Notes: a model not told the origin generated them from the letters alone. A DNA stretch of 64,000 bases from Chitinispirillaceae bacterium (GCA_046546375.1 JBKGXV010000007.1:2257-66256); one strand, 5' to 3'. Positions 1 to 9,266 are shown, counted from the first letter of the stretch. Made by a program: numbers and translations.

Positions 1-2209
1 AGTAATATTCGGTGAAATCATCATCCGAATCCAAACTGGTGACAACCGAATCACGCTGGATATCCAAATGATCCGGAGAGCCCGGTTCGACATAAATTTC
101 CATTGATTTGCTTACAGACCTGTTATCATGTGTGTAAATCCCGGTAACTGTATAGATTTTGTGGGCGACAGTACTGCTGAAAGTCGTCATGCTGCCCTCT
201 GAATCAAGCGTGGCATTCTCCTTATCGCTGAGCTGCCACGATATACGGGAAATCAGAGAATCCTGCGATTCATACTCCTCAAGCCATTCACCTTTGCCAT
301 CAAACAATTTGGCATATATATCCAGACTTTCACCAGCCCTGAGTGTATCTTTTTGCGGTAAGGATGTCATATTTCCCGGATCACCTTCATTGGGATAGAG
401 CTCCATACTGGCCGGGCCGAAATCGGCCACGACAACCACTCTGTCCGAAATTCCCCCGTTTACCGAGCCCTGAATCCATCCTTCACCACTGTCCTCACAC
501 CGAAAAGTCCAAGAATCCACATTATCCGGGGGTAGAGAAGGAAAATCGAGATCACCGGAGGTGAACCGCACTTTCACCGATTCCCATTCTCCGTTATCCG
601 ACCTTTTACCCCGGGCTACGAGGGTGGTATCACCGTAGGTCCCCAACTTCAGAGTATCCACAGGCTTGAACTCTCCGTCAACAATCACCCCCAGTGTCAC
701 CTCCGTATATGAGACATCACCCACAACCAGAACTGCATCATCATGGAAATTTCCCCCGCCTGTCGAAACAGTCACATCCAGAGTGGTGCTTCCCCGATCT
801 GCAACCCGGAGAGCCATTCCCTGGCCCAACTCGGCTTCCGGTCCGTTGGTGGCAGTGGCGACTTCACTGTCCTGGGTCCCCCAGGAAACGGAACCGACGG
901 AAGGCCCGGCGGGAAAGCAGAAATTACCGAATCCGTCTCTGAAAATTGCATAAAAATCACTGTTTTGAGTCTGCTGGGAGCTGATATGTACAGTATCCAG
1001 TGCGGCGGGATTTCTCAGATTGGAATCTGTTCTCTTATTAGTATCAGGAACCGTTTCCTCTATTACAACCGAAGCCGGTTCATCCGGAATGATCCGTACT
1101 GCCACGGTATCCCTCACCAAGCGGTCTGCTTCTTCATCATGGTAGGAAACCCATATCTGCACGGTTGTATGAGCAGCCGTAGGCATGAAATGTACACTGT
1201 CCCCCACACTCCCGACCACCTCAAGAGAATTCTGTGGATTGTAATCATCAATAATTCCCCAGTCAAAGTCTCCCGTGGGATTTGTTATAACTCCGGTATC
1301 GGACATAATTATTGCTTTGGCAGAAAGAGTATCACCTGCGGTGATGGCGGTATCAGCAGGGACCTGAATTTCCACGCCTTCGGGAGGTGCAGAAATCAGA
1401 TTGGTTTCGATAAGGATAGAAGATCCACTTGTGTGTCTCTCCGCATAGAAGAGGCGGAAATCGTAAACTTCCCCCTCTTCAAGACCTAGATCATCCACAT
1501 ACACGGTATCACTTTCTGGCGCATGTATACCCCCCAGATCCATCACCAGTTTGTTATCAATGAAAAGCCAGACATCATCATCTCCTCTGAAACGGAACGT
1601 CAATCCCGGCTCCATTATGAATTCCCATGCCAGTTCCATAGTGAATGAATAATTGTGGTCACCTGTGACTCCACTGTTCGTTGTCCATTCGTTGCCGAAA
1701 CCCTGATCGTCAATGGGGAAAAAATCTCCGTTATCATAGGTGTAGATACCATCTCCACTGTACTCGAATACCAGCTCTCCCGGTATGACCACATTTTTAA
1801 ATGCAGTGTCGTGAGGAGCCGTATCCACTCCCAGATACTCGACATCGACCCCGAACTCGTTATTCACCCGCTCTTTATAATCTGCTGAAGGATCGTACAA
1901 AGGCTTTGTAGAATCACCTTTTCCGCCGCCATAGGCCCAGTCCCGGAACCAGTACTTGATGTAGTTATTCAAATATGGAGAAGGCCCCACTTGTGGTTTT
2001 TTCTCCTCATCCAAATACTCAGCCACCATTCCGCTGCGTAAGCCTCCTGTATGAGGAGCTTCGAATTCGGGATTGCTCCTGTCTGAATGAAAATCGTAGA
2101 ATGTAACATCTACGGTAATGCTATCCGGCCTATTCTGGGCAAAAAGACCCATACAGAATATTACCCCTAAAAAGAGTGCTGCCTGACTGATGTGTGCAGC
2201 TATTTTCAT
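1..2209 (-). CDS. secreted fibro-slime (PA14-like) domain protein followed by Ig-like repeats; the 3' end lies beyond the window start
   Basis: Hand translation from ATG (complement 2209-2207) gives MKIAAHISQAALFLGVIFCMGLFAQ, a signal peptide. Further on, FRFRGDDDVWLFIDNKLVMDLGGIHAPES...FRLFYAERHTSGSS is the fibro-slime signature. The frame stays open to position 1, so the ORF has no in-window stop and is absent from the ORF track. The + strand ORFs listed here are antisense shadows. Confidence 0.8.
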   Translation of the reverse strand, partial: MKIAAHISQAALFLGVIFCMGLFAQNRPDSITVDVTFYDFHSDRSNPEFEAPHTGGLRSGMVAEYLDEEKKPQVGPSPYLNNYIKYWFRDWAYGGGKGDSTKPLYDPSADYKERVNNEFGVDVEYLGVDTAPHDTAFKNVVIPGELVFEYSGDGIYTYDNGDFFPIDDQGFGNEWTTNSGVTGDHNYSFTMELAWEFIMEPGLTFRFRGDDDVWLFIDNKLVMDLGGIHAPESDTVYVDDLGLEEGEVYDFRLFYAERHTSGSSILIETNLISAPPEGVEIQVPADTAITAGDTLSAKAIIMSDTGVITNPTGDFDWGIIDDYNPQNSLEVVGSVGDSVHFMPTAAHTTVQIWVSYHDEEADRLVRDTVAVRIIPDEPASVVIEETVPDTNKRTDSNLRNPAALDTVHISSQQTQNSDFYAIFRDGFGNFCFPAGPSVGSVSWGTQDSEVATATNGPEAELGQGMALRVADRGSTTLDVTVSTGGGNFHDDAVLVVGDVSYTEVTLGVIVDGEFKPVDTLKLGTYGDTTLVARGKRSDNGEWESVKVRFTSGDLDFPSLPPDNVDSWTFRCEDSGEGWIQGSVNGGISDRVVVVADFGPASMELYPNEGDPGNMTSLPQKDTLRAGESLDIYAKLFDGKGEWLEEYESQDSLISRISWQLSDKENATLDSEGSMTTFSSTVAHKIYTVTGIYTHDNRSVSKSMEIYVEPGSPDHLDIQRDSVVTSLDSDDDFTEYY

Positions 2210-2757
2210 AGCATCCCCCAACGTATAGAAAATAACAACTTGAATTGTCGTAATAACACAGACTTATCCCCCTATATTATAATAAATAACGGTGTTGAAT
2301 GTGTCTTCTACCCTGCTTTTTCCCAAAAAAAGTGTAACATTCTGTATTATATAATTGAGTCACTTCGGAAAAACGGCTGTTCCCGTACCAAACGTTGCAG
2401 TTCAAGATGAAGAACAGTGCAACTAAGGCTGCAGCTGATCCGACAACTTAGAATATCGATACAATTCTGTCCTGAAGCAGTTTTTTGCCAACACTGCCGG
2501 ACATTTTACTATTTTACCCTTCTGTTCTTGAAAAAAGTCTGTCAGAGCTTGATTAGAAATAATCAGATGTGACTCGGACCACATACAAACTTCAGAAAAA
2601 AAGCATATGTCGCAGTTGGTTTTTCCTAGGGGAAAACCATGGATGAATGGCAGCGGAATCGCAGTAAGAAAGTGCTTTCCTGTCCAGAAATGTACACCTC
2701 GGTTTCATCATACACCAACAATGCGCCTTCAGGGCGCGCCACTCGGGAAGGATAAAG

Positions 2758-4518
2758 ATGTCAGCGACATCCCAGTCTCGTCCGGAACAGAATGATGCAT
2801 TCTCGCAAATGCCCGATTTTTCAACTCCCCGAAAAAAGAAATCACATCCCGCACAAACTGACGTCCCGTCAGAAGAGAATCCTGCACCATCCACTGCTAC
2901 TGGAAAAATCAAATCCTCTTCAGGCACACATATCTATATCGGGAGAAAGATAACCGATTCCGCTAAACCGGCCAGCGTATCGAAGCTGAAAGAAACCACT
3001 ACGCTTACCGGCTTTTGCATTGATACCGATTATTCTCACAAAAACAGACCAACCGCACAGAAAGAAACCTCTTTTTCAGAATCTTTAATATCTACAAAAA
3101 AAAACGATCTGAAAAAAACAACGATTCAGGAACCGGAAGCGGTCATAATAGACGAAGAGGCATCGGAAGTCTCGACGCAACCGCCGCCTATTTCTAAAGG
3201 CGCCTCCCAAAACAGGGAGCGAGGTCAAAAGCACAATCTATCCCTTGATATATCCAGCTCAACTCTGCGCACCGAAATCCCAAGCGGCAGCGAACAGATT
3301 CCACTGGGCTCCGGTGTCATTACCGGAATTCTGGGTACAGGCGGAATGGCAAGGGTATACAGTATATGGAATGAAAAACTGGAGGTGTTCCGGGCTGTCA
3401 AAATACTGCTCAATACGAACCAGCAGTCCACCTGGACCCGTTTTGAAACGGAAGTCAAAATTTCGGCCAAGCTGCACCATCCCAACATAATCGACATACA
3501 TACTGTGGGCGAGTGGCGCGGAATCCCTTATTTGGAAATGGAAATCATAGAAGGAGAAACTCTGGGTGCTTTGATCAACCGCCATGAAGCACTTCCCGCC
3601 CCTGTATGTTCAGCTGCGGCGATTCAGATCATCCGGGCACTGGTTTACGCTCATTCTCAGGAGATTCTCATTTACGGAAAAAACTACAAAGGGATTATCC
3701 ACCGAGATCTCAAACCCTCAAATGTGATGATCAGGAATGACGGAATTGTCAAACTGATGGATTTTGGGGTAGCCAGACCGGTGGAAACTGGCCTCCACAC
3801 AATCGACACGGAGAGCATCGTGGGAACCATCCACTATTTCTCTCCAGAACAGATTAATGGCTACCCCATCGACACGCTTTCGGATATCTATTCTTTCGGC
3901 GCTGTACTTTACGAAATGCTGTGCGGAACCAATCCATTCCCCCAGACCTCGATGGTCAGTCTCATTCGGGCAAAAGAGAAGAACTCGTTCAGAAGGCTTG
4001 AAGATGATTCAAGACCGATTGATTCCAGGCTGGCGGCGGTGGCCCAGGTGTGTCTGCGTTCAGACAAAAAGGGCAGATTTCAGAGTGCTGTCCAGCTCCA
4101 GAGTCACCTTGAAGAGATACACACGTCTTTCGGTCTGGGAAGCCCCGAGGAAGTGTTACGGAACTTTCTCGAAAACCCGCAGGCATTGCATGATCTTTCC
4201 GAAGATGAAACCAGGCAGGCGACCGTTGCCAACGATGAAACACTCGATATCGTAGCGTCAGCCTCGAATGCCCGCACTGGTCAATCGAATAATGAGTCCT
4301 CTTGCGCATCACTCAGGGAAGAACAGGATGAGATGGAAACACCTGTGAAGAGAGGTCACAGTGTCACAATTATCATAGCAGTTCTAGCTGCGCTGCTTTT
4401 GATCTTGGGATTGATTCTGTTTGCAACCAGAACTTCCGCCTATTCATCACAAGCAGAAGATATTGAAACGAGTGTCATCCGACTGAAAGTAGCATATTCA
4501 AATGGGAGGAACTGTTAA
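2758..4518 (+). CDS. membrane-anchored Hanks-type Ser/Thr protein kinase
   Basis: Kinase motifs are ILGTGGMARVY (Gly loop), FRAVKIL, HRDLKPSNVM, DFGVAR and GTIHYFSPEQ. The N-terminus is low-complexity for about 190 aa. A C-terminal TM segment reads VTIIIAVLAALLLILGLILFA. GGAAGGA precedes the ATG. Confidence 0.85.
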   Translation: MSATSQSRPEQNDAFSQMPDFSTPRKKKSHPAQTDVPSEENPAPSTATGKIKSSSGTHIYIGRKITDSAKPASVSKLKETTTLTGFCIDTDYSHKNRPTAQKETSFSESLISTKKNDLKKTTIQEPEAVIIDEEASEVSTQPPPISKGASQNRERGQKHNLSLDISSSTLRTEIPSGSEQIPLGSGVITGILGTGGMARVYSIWNEKLEVFRAVKILLNTNQQSTWTRFETEVKISAKLHHPNIIDIHTVGEWRGIPYLEMEIIEGETLGALINRHEALPAPVCSAAAIQIIRALVYAHSQEILIYGKNYKGIIHRDLKPSNVMIRNDGIVKLMDFGVARPVETGLHTIDTESIVGTIHYFSPEQINGYPIDTLSDIYSFGAVLYEMLCGTNPFPQTSMVSLIRAKEKNSFRRLEDDSRPIDSRLAAVAQVCLRSDKKGRFQSAVQLQSHLEEIHTSFGLGSPEEVLRNFLENPQALHDLSEDETRQATVANDETLDIVASASNARTGQSNNESSCASLREEQDEMETPVKRGHSVTIIIAVLAALLLILGLILFATRTSAYSSQAEDIETSVIRLKVAYSNGRNC

Positions 4519-6228
4519 ATGGTAATCGGGAAAAAGCTCAAGGAACTGCCGGTAAGTGTGGGAGTGGATACAGAGAAGTGTGTCAACTGCCACGCCTGCA
4601 TCAGTGCCTGTCCTGTCAAATACTGCAATGACGGCAGTGATGATTATGTAAGTGTCAATCCGTTCATGTGTATCGGATGCGGGAACTGCATTACTCACTG
4701 CACCCATGAAGCGCGGTTCTGGGTTGATGATTTCGATGCGCTGATAGAGGATCTGGCAAGCGGGCAGAAGGTGATCGCCATCATGGCTCCATCTGCCGCA
4801 TCCAGTTTTCCTTCCCAGTTTCTCAATCTGAACGGCTGGCTCAGGGACCTGGGGGTGGAGGAGGTTTTCGATGTGAGTTTCGGCGCCGAGCTGACCGTGA
4901 AATCATATGTCGAGTACATAAACAACACCAAAGCCAAAACGGTGATATCCCAGCCCTGCCCTGCCATTGTCACCTATATCGAGATGTATCTTCCCGAGCT
5001 TATTCCCTATCTTGCGCCCGTGGACAGCCCGATGCTTCACACGATGAAGATGATCAGAAAGTATTATCCTCAGTTTGCGGAATACAAAATTGCAGCCATC
5101 TCTCCCTGTCTTGCAAAGAAGAGAGAATTTCACGAAACGGGTCTGGGTGACTACAATATCGGCTTCAAATCCGTGCAGAACTATTTGTACCGGAGTGGTA
5201 CGGATCTCAGTGCCTACCCGGAAGAGCCGTACATGAATCCTCCCGCCGAACGGGCAGTGGGGTTTTCAAGTCCGGGCGGGCTTCTTAAAACAGCCGAAAG
5301 GTGGATTCCCGGCATTTCGGATTTGTCGAGGAAAATCGAGGGGCCCGACATCATCTACAACTACCTTGACAAGCTGATCGGTTCCATTGATTCAGGAACG
5401 GCTCCGGCCCTCATAGATTGTCTGAACTGCACCCACGGCTGCAACGGCGGTCCTCTCACAATAACCGAAGAACGCGCTCTTGACGATATCGAAAAGGCTG
5501 TCGCCTCGCGTCTGCACCAGGCAGTTGCATCCTTTGAAGGTTCCAAAGGCGGCGAGCAGTCTGAAAATGCGCCCCCCCAGAAAATAGATACGACACTTGA
5601 GAAGTTCTGGCAGGAGGGTGATTACAACCGCAGATACAGAGATCTCAGTATCAACAACCGCATCATCGTTCCATCAGATGAAGAACTCAATAAGATCTAC
5701 AAGCTGATGCGCAAGACAAGCAAAAGCGATTTTTACAACTGCAGTTCCTGCGGATACGGGACATGTCAGAATATGGCCATTGCCATCTACAACGGCCTTA
5801 ACCGTCCTGAAAACTGCCATTTCTACCTGGCGGAAGAAGCAAAAATGAAAACCGCCGCGGTTTCCGAAAACGAAAAACGCCTGAGAACCATTCTTTCAAC
5901 TACCAACGCGGGCTTCTGTCTGGCCGATGCGGAATTCAGGATGATAGTGGTGAATAATTCGTTCTGCAGGATTTTCGGCATGCAGCGTGAGAAACTCATC
6001 GGTTCAACAATTCTCAAGAAACAGTTGGAACGATGTACCAACGGCAATGGCCTGACTTCTGAGATACGCGTATGCAGCCCAGAGGGAGAGATAAGCTATT
6101 ATCAGATTATCGCGAACCCGTATTTCGATGAAAATAAAGATCTGGTAGGATATTTCGCTCTGATAGTGGATATCAGCAAGTACCGCAAAGAGACAAATGC
6201 CGGACCGGCTTCGACACGGGCGAGTTAG
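4519..6228 (+). CDS. [FeFe]-hydrogenase-like (sensory/HydS-like) Fe-S protein with C-terminal PAS domain
   Basis: Two ferredoxin motifs are present (CVNCHACISACP, CIGCGNCITHC). H-domain-like motifs are SQPCPAIV, ISPCLAKKRE and CLNCTHGCNGGP. A four-Cys module reads CSSCGYGTCQNMAIAIYNG..C. A PAS-like tail follows (FCLADAEFRMIVVNNSFCRIFGM...LIVDIS). The ATG abuts the kinase TAA. Confidence 0.75.
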   Translation: MVIGKKLKELPVSVGVDTEKCVNCHACISACPVKYCNDGSDDYVSVNPFMCIGCGNCITHCTHEARFWVDDFDALIEDLASGQKVIAIMAPSAASSFPSQFLNLNGWLRDLGVEEVFDVSFGAELTVKSYVEYINNTKAKTVISQPCPAIVTYIEMYLPELIPYLAPVDSPMLHTMKMIRKYYPQFAEYKIAAISPCLAKKREFHETGLGDYNIGFKSVQNYLYRSGTDLSAYPEEPYMNPPAERAVGFSSPGGLLKTAERWIPGISDLSRKIEGPDIIYNYLDKLIGSIDSGTAPALIDCLNCTHGCNGGPLTITEERALDDIEKAVASRLHQAVASFEGSKGGEQSENAPPQKIDTTLEKFWQEGDYNRRYRDLSINNRIIVPSDEELNKIYKLMRKTSKSDFYNCSSCGYGTCQNMAIAIYNGLNRPENCHFYLAEEAKMKTAAVSENEKRLRTILSTTNAGFCLADAEFRMIVVNNSFCRIFGMQREKLIGSTILKKQLERCTNGNGLTSEIRVCSPEGEISYYQIIANPYFDENKDLVGYFALIVDISKYRKETNAGPASTRAS

Positions 6229-6799
6229 ACCTGCTGGAACTGATTTCGGAAATATCAAGATACCGGAATGTTTATTATTCCGGCCGGTCATACCACTTCC
6301 ACTGTGAGCTACATCGGATCGTTTCTGCTGATCGCCATCGGTTCTGCTTGCGGCCGCAGGTCAGCTTATTCTGAGCCGAGGGTTACAGGTATACTCCCAT
6401 TTCCACCGGAGCACTGGTGATCATAACTTCTCCTGTGATGAACATTCTGGCGAGGGTGCTGTTCTTCAGTGAAGCTCTGACCGTGAACATGGCGTTCGGT
6501 TTACTGATTATTCTTTCGTCCAGCACATTTCTGATACTGGATAAGTGCAGAACAAACATCAGTAAAAAAGAGGTCAACGTGGAGAATGTAGCTGCTTGAA
6601 AACTCAGTAGTCTCATCGGAGGTGCAGAAATGGCTACTGCAGCTGATGAAAAGTCAGCTGCAGCTGGAATCAGTTGGCACACAAATGGCAGGTCCAGCAA
6701 AATAGAGCAGTCTGTATATTTTTCCAGGGAGTGCGTCAGATATACTCTACTGGAACACTTGTACAATTCCGATTAACTCACTGTGAATGGACTTTCTGA

Positions 6800-7132
6800 A
6801 TGACCGAACCCAAAAAGCCTCCGTTTCTCCGGATACTGAGTATCCTCTGGATTTCCATAAAAGCTCTGTTCACAACCTATGCTGTCGCCTTCTCGGTTGC
6901 ATTGACCGCCCTGTTCATAATCGGTTACATCTATGTCATGAAACCGATTAACGAGGTCAAACATCTTACTACCGAAAACCCCAAGGAAACCGCATTCATG
7001 AATCAGTACAGGCTGAATCTTTCAGAAACTGAAAAAAACGAAAGTCTCGCACACGAATTCATTCCACTGGATTCAATATCGGACATACTGAAAAAGGCGG
7101 TAGTTGCGGATTCAAGCGGGAGTTCGGACTGA
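6800..7132 (+). CDS. N-terminal fragment of a monofunctional peptidoglycan transglycosylase (MtgA/GT51-like): TM anchor plus lead-in only, catalytic domain absent
   Basis: A TM helix (ILSILWISIKALFTTYAVAFSVALTALFIIGYIYV) is followed by ETAFMNQYR...FIPLDSISDILKKAVVA. This matches the MtgA lead-in up to the point where the AED..F..H.GFD motif should start. The ORF then stops at TGA, overlapping the uvdE ATG. Confidence 0.45.
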   Translation: MTEPKKPPFLRILSILWISIKALFTTYAVAFSVALTALFIIGYIYVMKPINEVKHLTTENPKETAFMNQYRLNLSETEKNESLAHEFIPLDSISDILKKAVVADSSGSSD

Positions 7133-8022
7133 TGCCGCCCCGCATCGGATACCCCTGCATAAACCGAAGTCTTGACTGCAGCTCAAGCCGCACCTTCCGG
7201 CTCGCCTCCTACTCCGAAGAACGTCTGATCCAGACCGTTTCCGGCAACCTCGACTGTCTCCAGCGCATACTCGAATTCAATACGGAACACAATCTCCTTT
7301 TCTTCCGGATCACCTCGGATCTGGTCCCATTCGCCTCCCATCCGGTCTGCACCTACAACTGGCAGGACCACTTTTCAGAAAAGTTCAGATCGATCGGCCA
7401 ATATATCCGTAAGCACGGAATGCGCATATCAATGCACCCGGACCAGTTCGTCCTTCTCAATGCGAAAGAAAACAGAATCGTGGAGTCGAGCATCAGGGAG
7501 CTTCAGTACCACGCAGAGGTACTTGATCTGCTGGGTTTGGATCAGACGGCTAGGATTCAGATTCATCTCGGGGGGGCGTACGGAAACAAGGAAGAGAGTA
7601 TGAAGAGATTCGTAAGTTGCTACCTCAGTCTGGAAAAACCCATAAAAAACAGATTGGTGATCGAAAATGATGATCGCATCTACAATCTTTCGGACTGTCT
7701 TGAGGTAAACGGCAAAACCGCAATACCGATATTGTTCGACACATTCCATTATGAATGCAACAATACAGGTGAAAGCCTCAAGAATGCTTTGGATCTGAGT
7801 TCAAAAACCTGGAAAAAGAAAGATGGTCCTCTTATGCTTGACTACAGCTCCCAAAACCCCAACGGACGCCGAGGTTCTCATATAGAGCATATAAATGCAC
7901 GTCATTTCCGTTCTTTTCTGGAGGTACTGGGAAACACTTCTGCCGATATCATGCTGGAAATCAAAGACAAGGAAAAAAGCGCCTGCAGAGCCGAACGTAT
8001 GTTGAAACAACACCAGATATGA
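7132..8022 (+). CDS. uvdE: UV damage endonuclease UvdE/UvsE
   Basis: IGYPCINRSL, TFRLASY, LLFFRITSDLVPFASHP, ISMHPDQF, IHLGGAYG and LVIENDD occur in the order typical of the UvdE family (TIM-barrel endonuclease). Confidence 0.85.
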   Translation: MPPRIGYPCINRSLDCSSSRTFRLASYSEERLIQTVSGNLDCLQRILEFNTEHNLLFFRITSDLVPFASHPVCTYNWQDHFSEKFRSIGQYIRKHGMRISMHPDQFVLLNAKENRIVESSIRELQYHAEVLDLLGLDQTARIQIHLGGAYGNKEESMKRFVSCYLSLEKPIKNRLVIENDDRIYNLSDCLEVNGKTAIPILFDTFHYECNNTGESLKNALDLSSKTWKKKDGPLMLDYSSQNPNGRRGSHIEHINARHFRSFLEVLGNTSADIMLEIKDKEKSACRAERMLKQHQI

Positions 8023-8036
8023 AGGTCAGCACTGGA

Positions 8037-9266
8037 TTACTCCTCTCTGTATTCAAAAGGCAGCACCTCATCAACACGGAATGCACCTCTGGAAACTTTT
8101 GTTATCTTGAGTTCCGGAATTTTCTCCTCTGCAGCTCTGAATGCGCGGTTCAGTTTCACAACCAGATTTGGATTCAGATGATCGGAAACTATTTTTTCAT
8201 CCCGCATGAACTCTCTGTTCTCGAATTCACGCCTTCCCTCAATTTTCAAAAGGGATAAAATGATTTTGAGAATATACGCAGTAGTGTCTCTGGCAACAAT
8301 TTTCCCGTTGCGAAATAGCCGTCCATCTTTTTTTCCGAAAATCACCAATGATTCATACTGCTTGAGGATACGTCTGTGCTTGGAAACGATTTTCCGTGGA
8401 ATCGCTGAATCAGCTTCGGAATCACTTATAAGTTTTGTAAGCAGATTCTTTCTGGATACCAAAGGATTGTGTTCATACTGAATCTTGAACAGGTAACCGG
8501 GAGCGCCGAAAGCTGTCCTTACGGCGGAGTCACTGTTTTCATACACAGAAACGATGTCATCAGAAAACAGTCTTTGACTGATTTCAAAAGAGTCACAGAA
8601 GTCATTTATTTTCATCTGACCGATATATCTGCCATTTTCTGCAGCAGAGCATTTGCATTCAGCCTGCCGGAAAGCCAACGTCTGAACAGTGACTGCAGGA
8701 GACATACTGAAAGACACTGGTATCAACTTTAATAGCTCACCCATATACTTGGAGGCTGCATCAAAACGTACATTATCATTTTCAGGATAAATCCAAACAT
8801 ATGCCATCCTGAACGGAAGGCGTATTTTATAATCTATAAAATCAAACAGAAAGCCGGGAAAAAGCCGGGAAACAACAAGAGGTGCGAATTCCATATACAG
8901 TTCTCGAAGCACATCTTCGGATAAATACAGCCTATCTGCAAAAGGTGCTATGGAGTGCAAAAGCTCCTGAGAGGAAAGAGGTATCCCGGTATCCGACATC
9001 CGATACACCTGCTCCACACTAGTAACCGGTAATAAATTTTCAGATTCAAAAAGACAGCAAAACTGATCCAGTACCGAATAGTAATACTCCAGAGAAACTC
9101 TTCCCTCACCCTTCCACAGCATATTGAAAAGGCAAATCGATGATGAATTCTCCGCAAGAGGAATTTTCTTCCAGAACTTCACCACCTTTTCGCCTGGCAG
9201 GTTATCAAGCATGAAGGTATAGAGAAAGTTCAGAAGGTTTATCTTTTTCAGGTCTTTTTGAGTCAT
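8037..9266 (-). CDS. hypothetical protein with C-terminal OmpR/PhoB-like winged-helix DNA-binding domain and no receiver domain
   Basis: The C-terminal ~95 aa (RLFRNGKIVARDTTAYILKIILSLL...NLVVKLNRAFRAAEE...ITKVSRGAFRV) fit the Trans_reg_C pattern. The N-terminal ~300 aa carry no motif I recognise. Confidence 0.5.
   Translation of the reverse strand: MTQKDLKKINLLNFLYTFMLDNLPGEKVVKFWKKIPLAENSSSICLFNMLWKGEGRVSLEYYYSVLDQFCCLFESENLLPVTSVEQVYRMSDTGIPLSSQELLHSIAPFADRLYLSEDVLRELYMEFAPLVVSRLFPGFLFDFIDYKIRLPFRMAYVWIYPENDNVRFDAASKYMGELLKLIPVSFSMSPAVTVQTLAFRQAECKCSAAENGRYIGQMKINDFCDSFEISQRLFSDDIVSVYENSDSAVRTAFGAPGYLFKIQYEHNPLVSRKNLLTKLISDSEADSAIPRKIVSKHRRILKQYESLVIFGKKDGRLFRNGKIVARDTTAYILKIILSLLKIEGRREFENREFMRDEKIVSDHLNPNLVVKLNRAFRAAEEKIPELKITKVSRGAFRVDEVLPFEYREE

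Noticed and set aside
159-1888. Several + strand ORFs (159-398, 343-564, 666-953, 743-1489, 1655-1888) and two - strand ORFs in another frame (772-960, 1615-1845).
   Set aside because: All lie inside the long open minus-strand frame of the fibro-slime protein. Their translations are Pro/Ser/Arg/Cys-rich with no motifs, so they are antisense or off-frame shadows.
6383-6766. 127-aa - strand ORF as a real gene.
   Set aside because: It is Ser/Leu/Ala-rich, has no motif and competes with two + strand small ORFs. I could not support any of them, so it is listed as a finding and not a feature.
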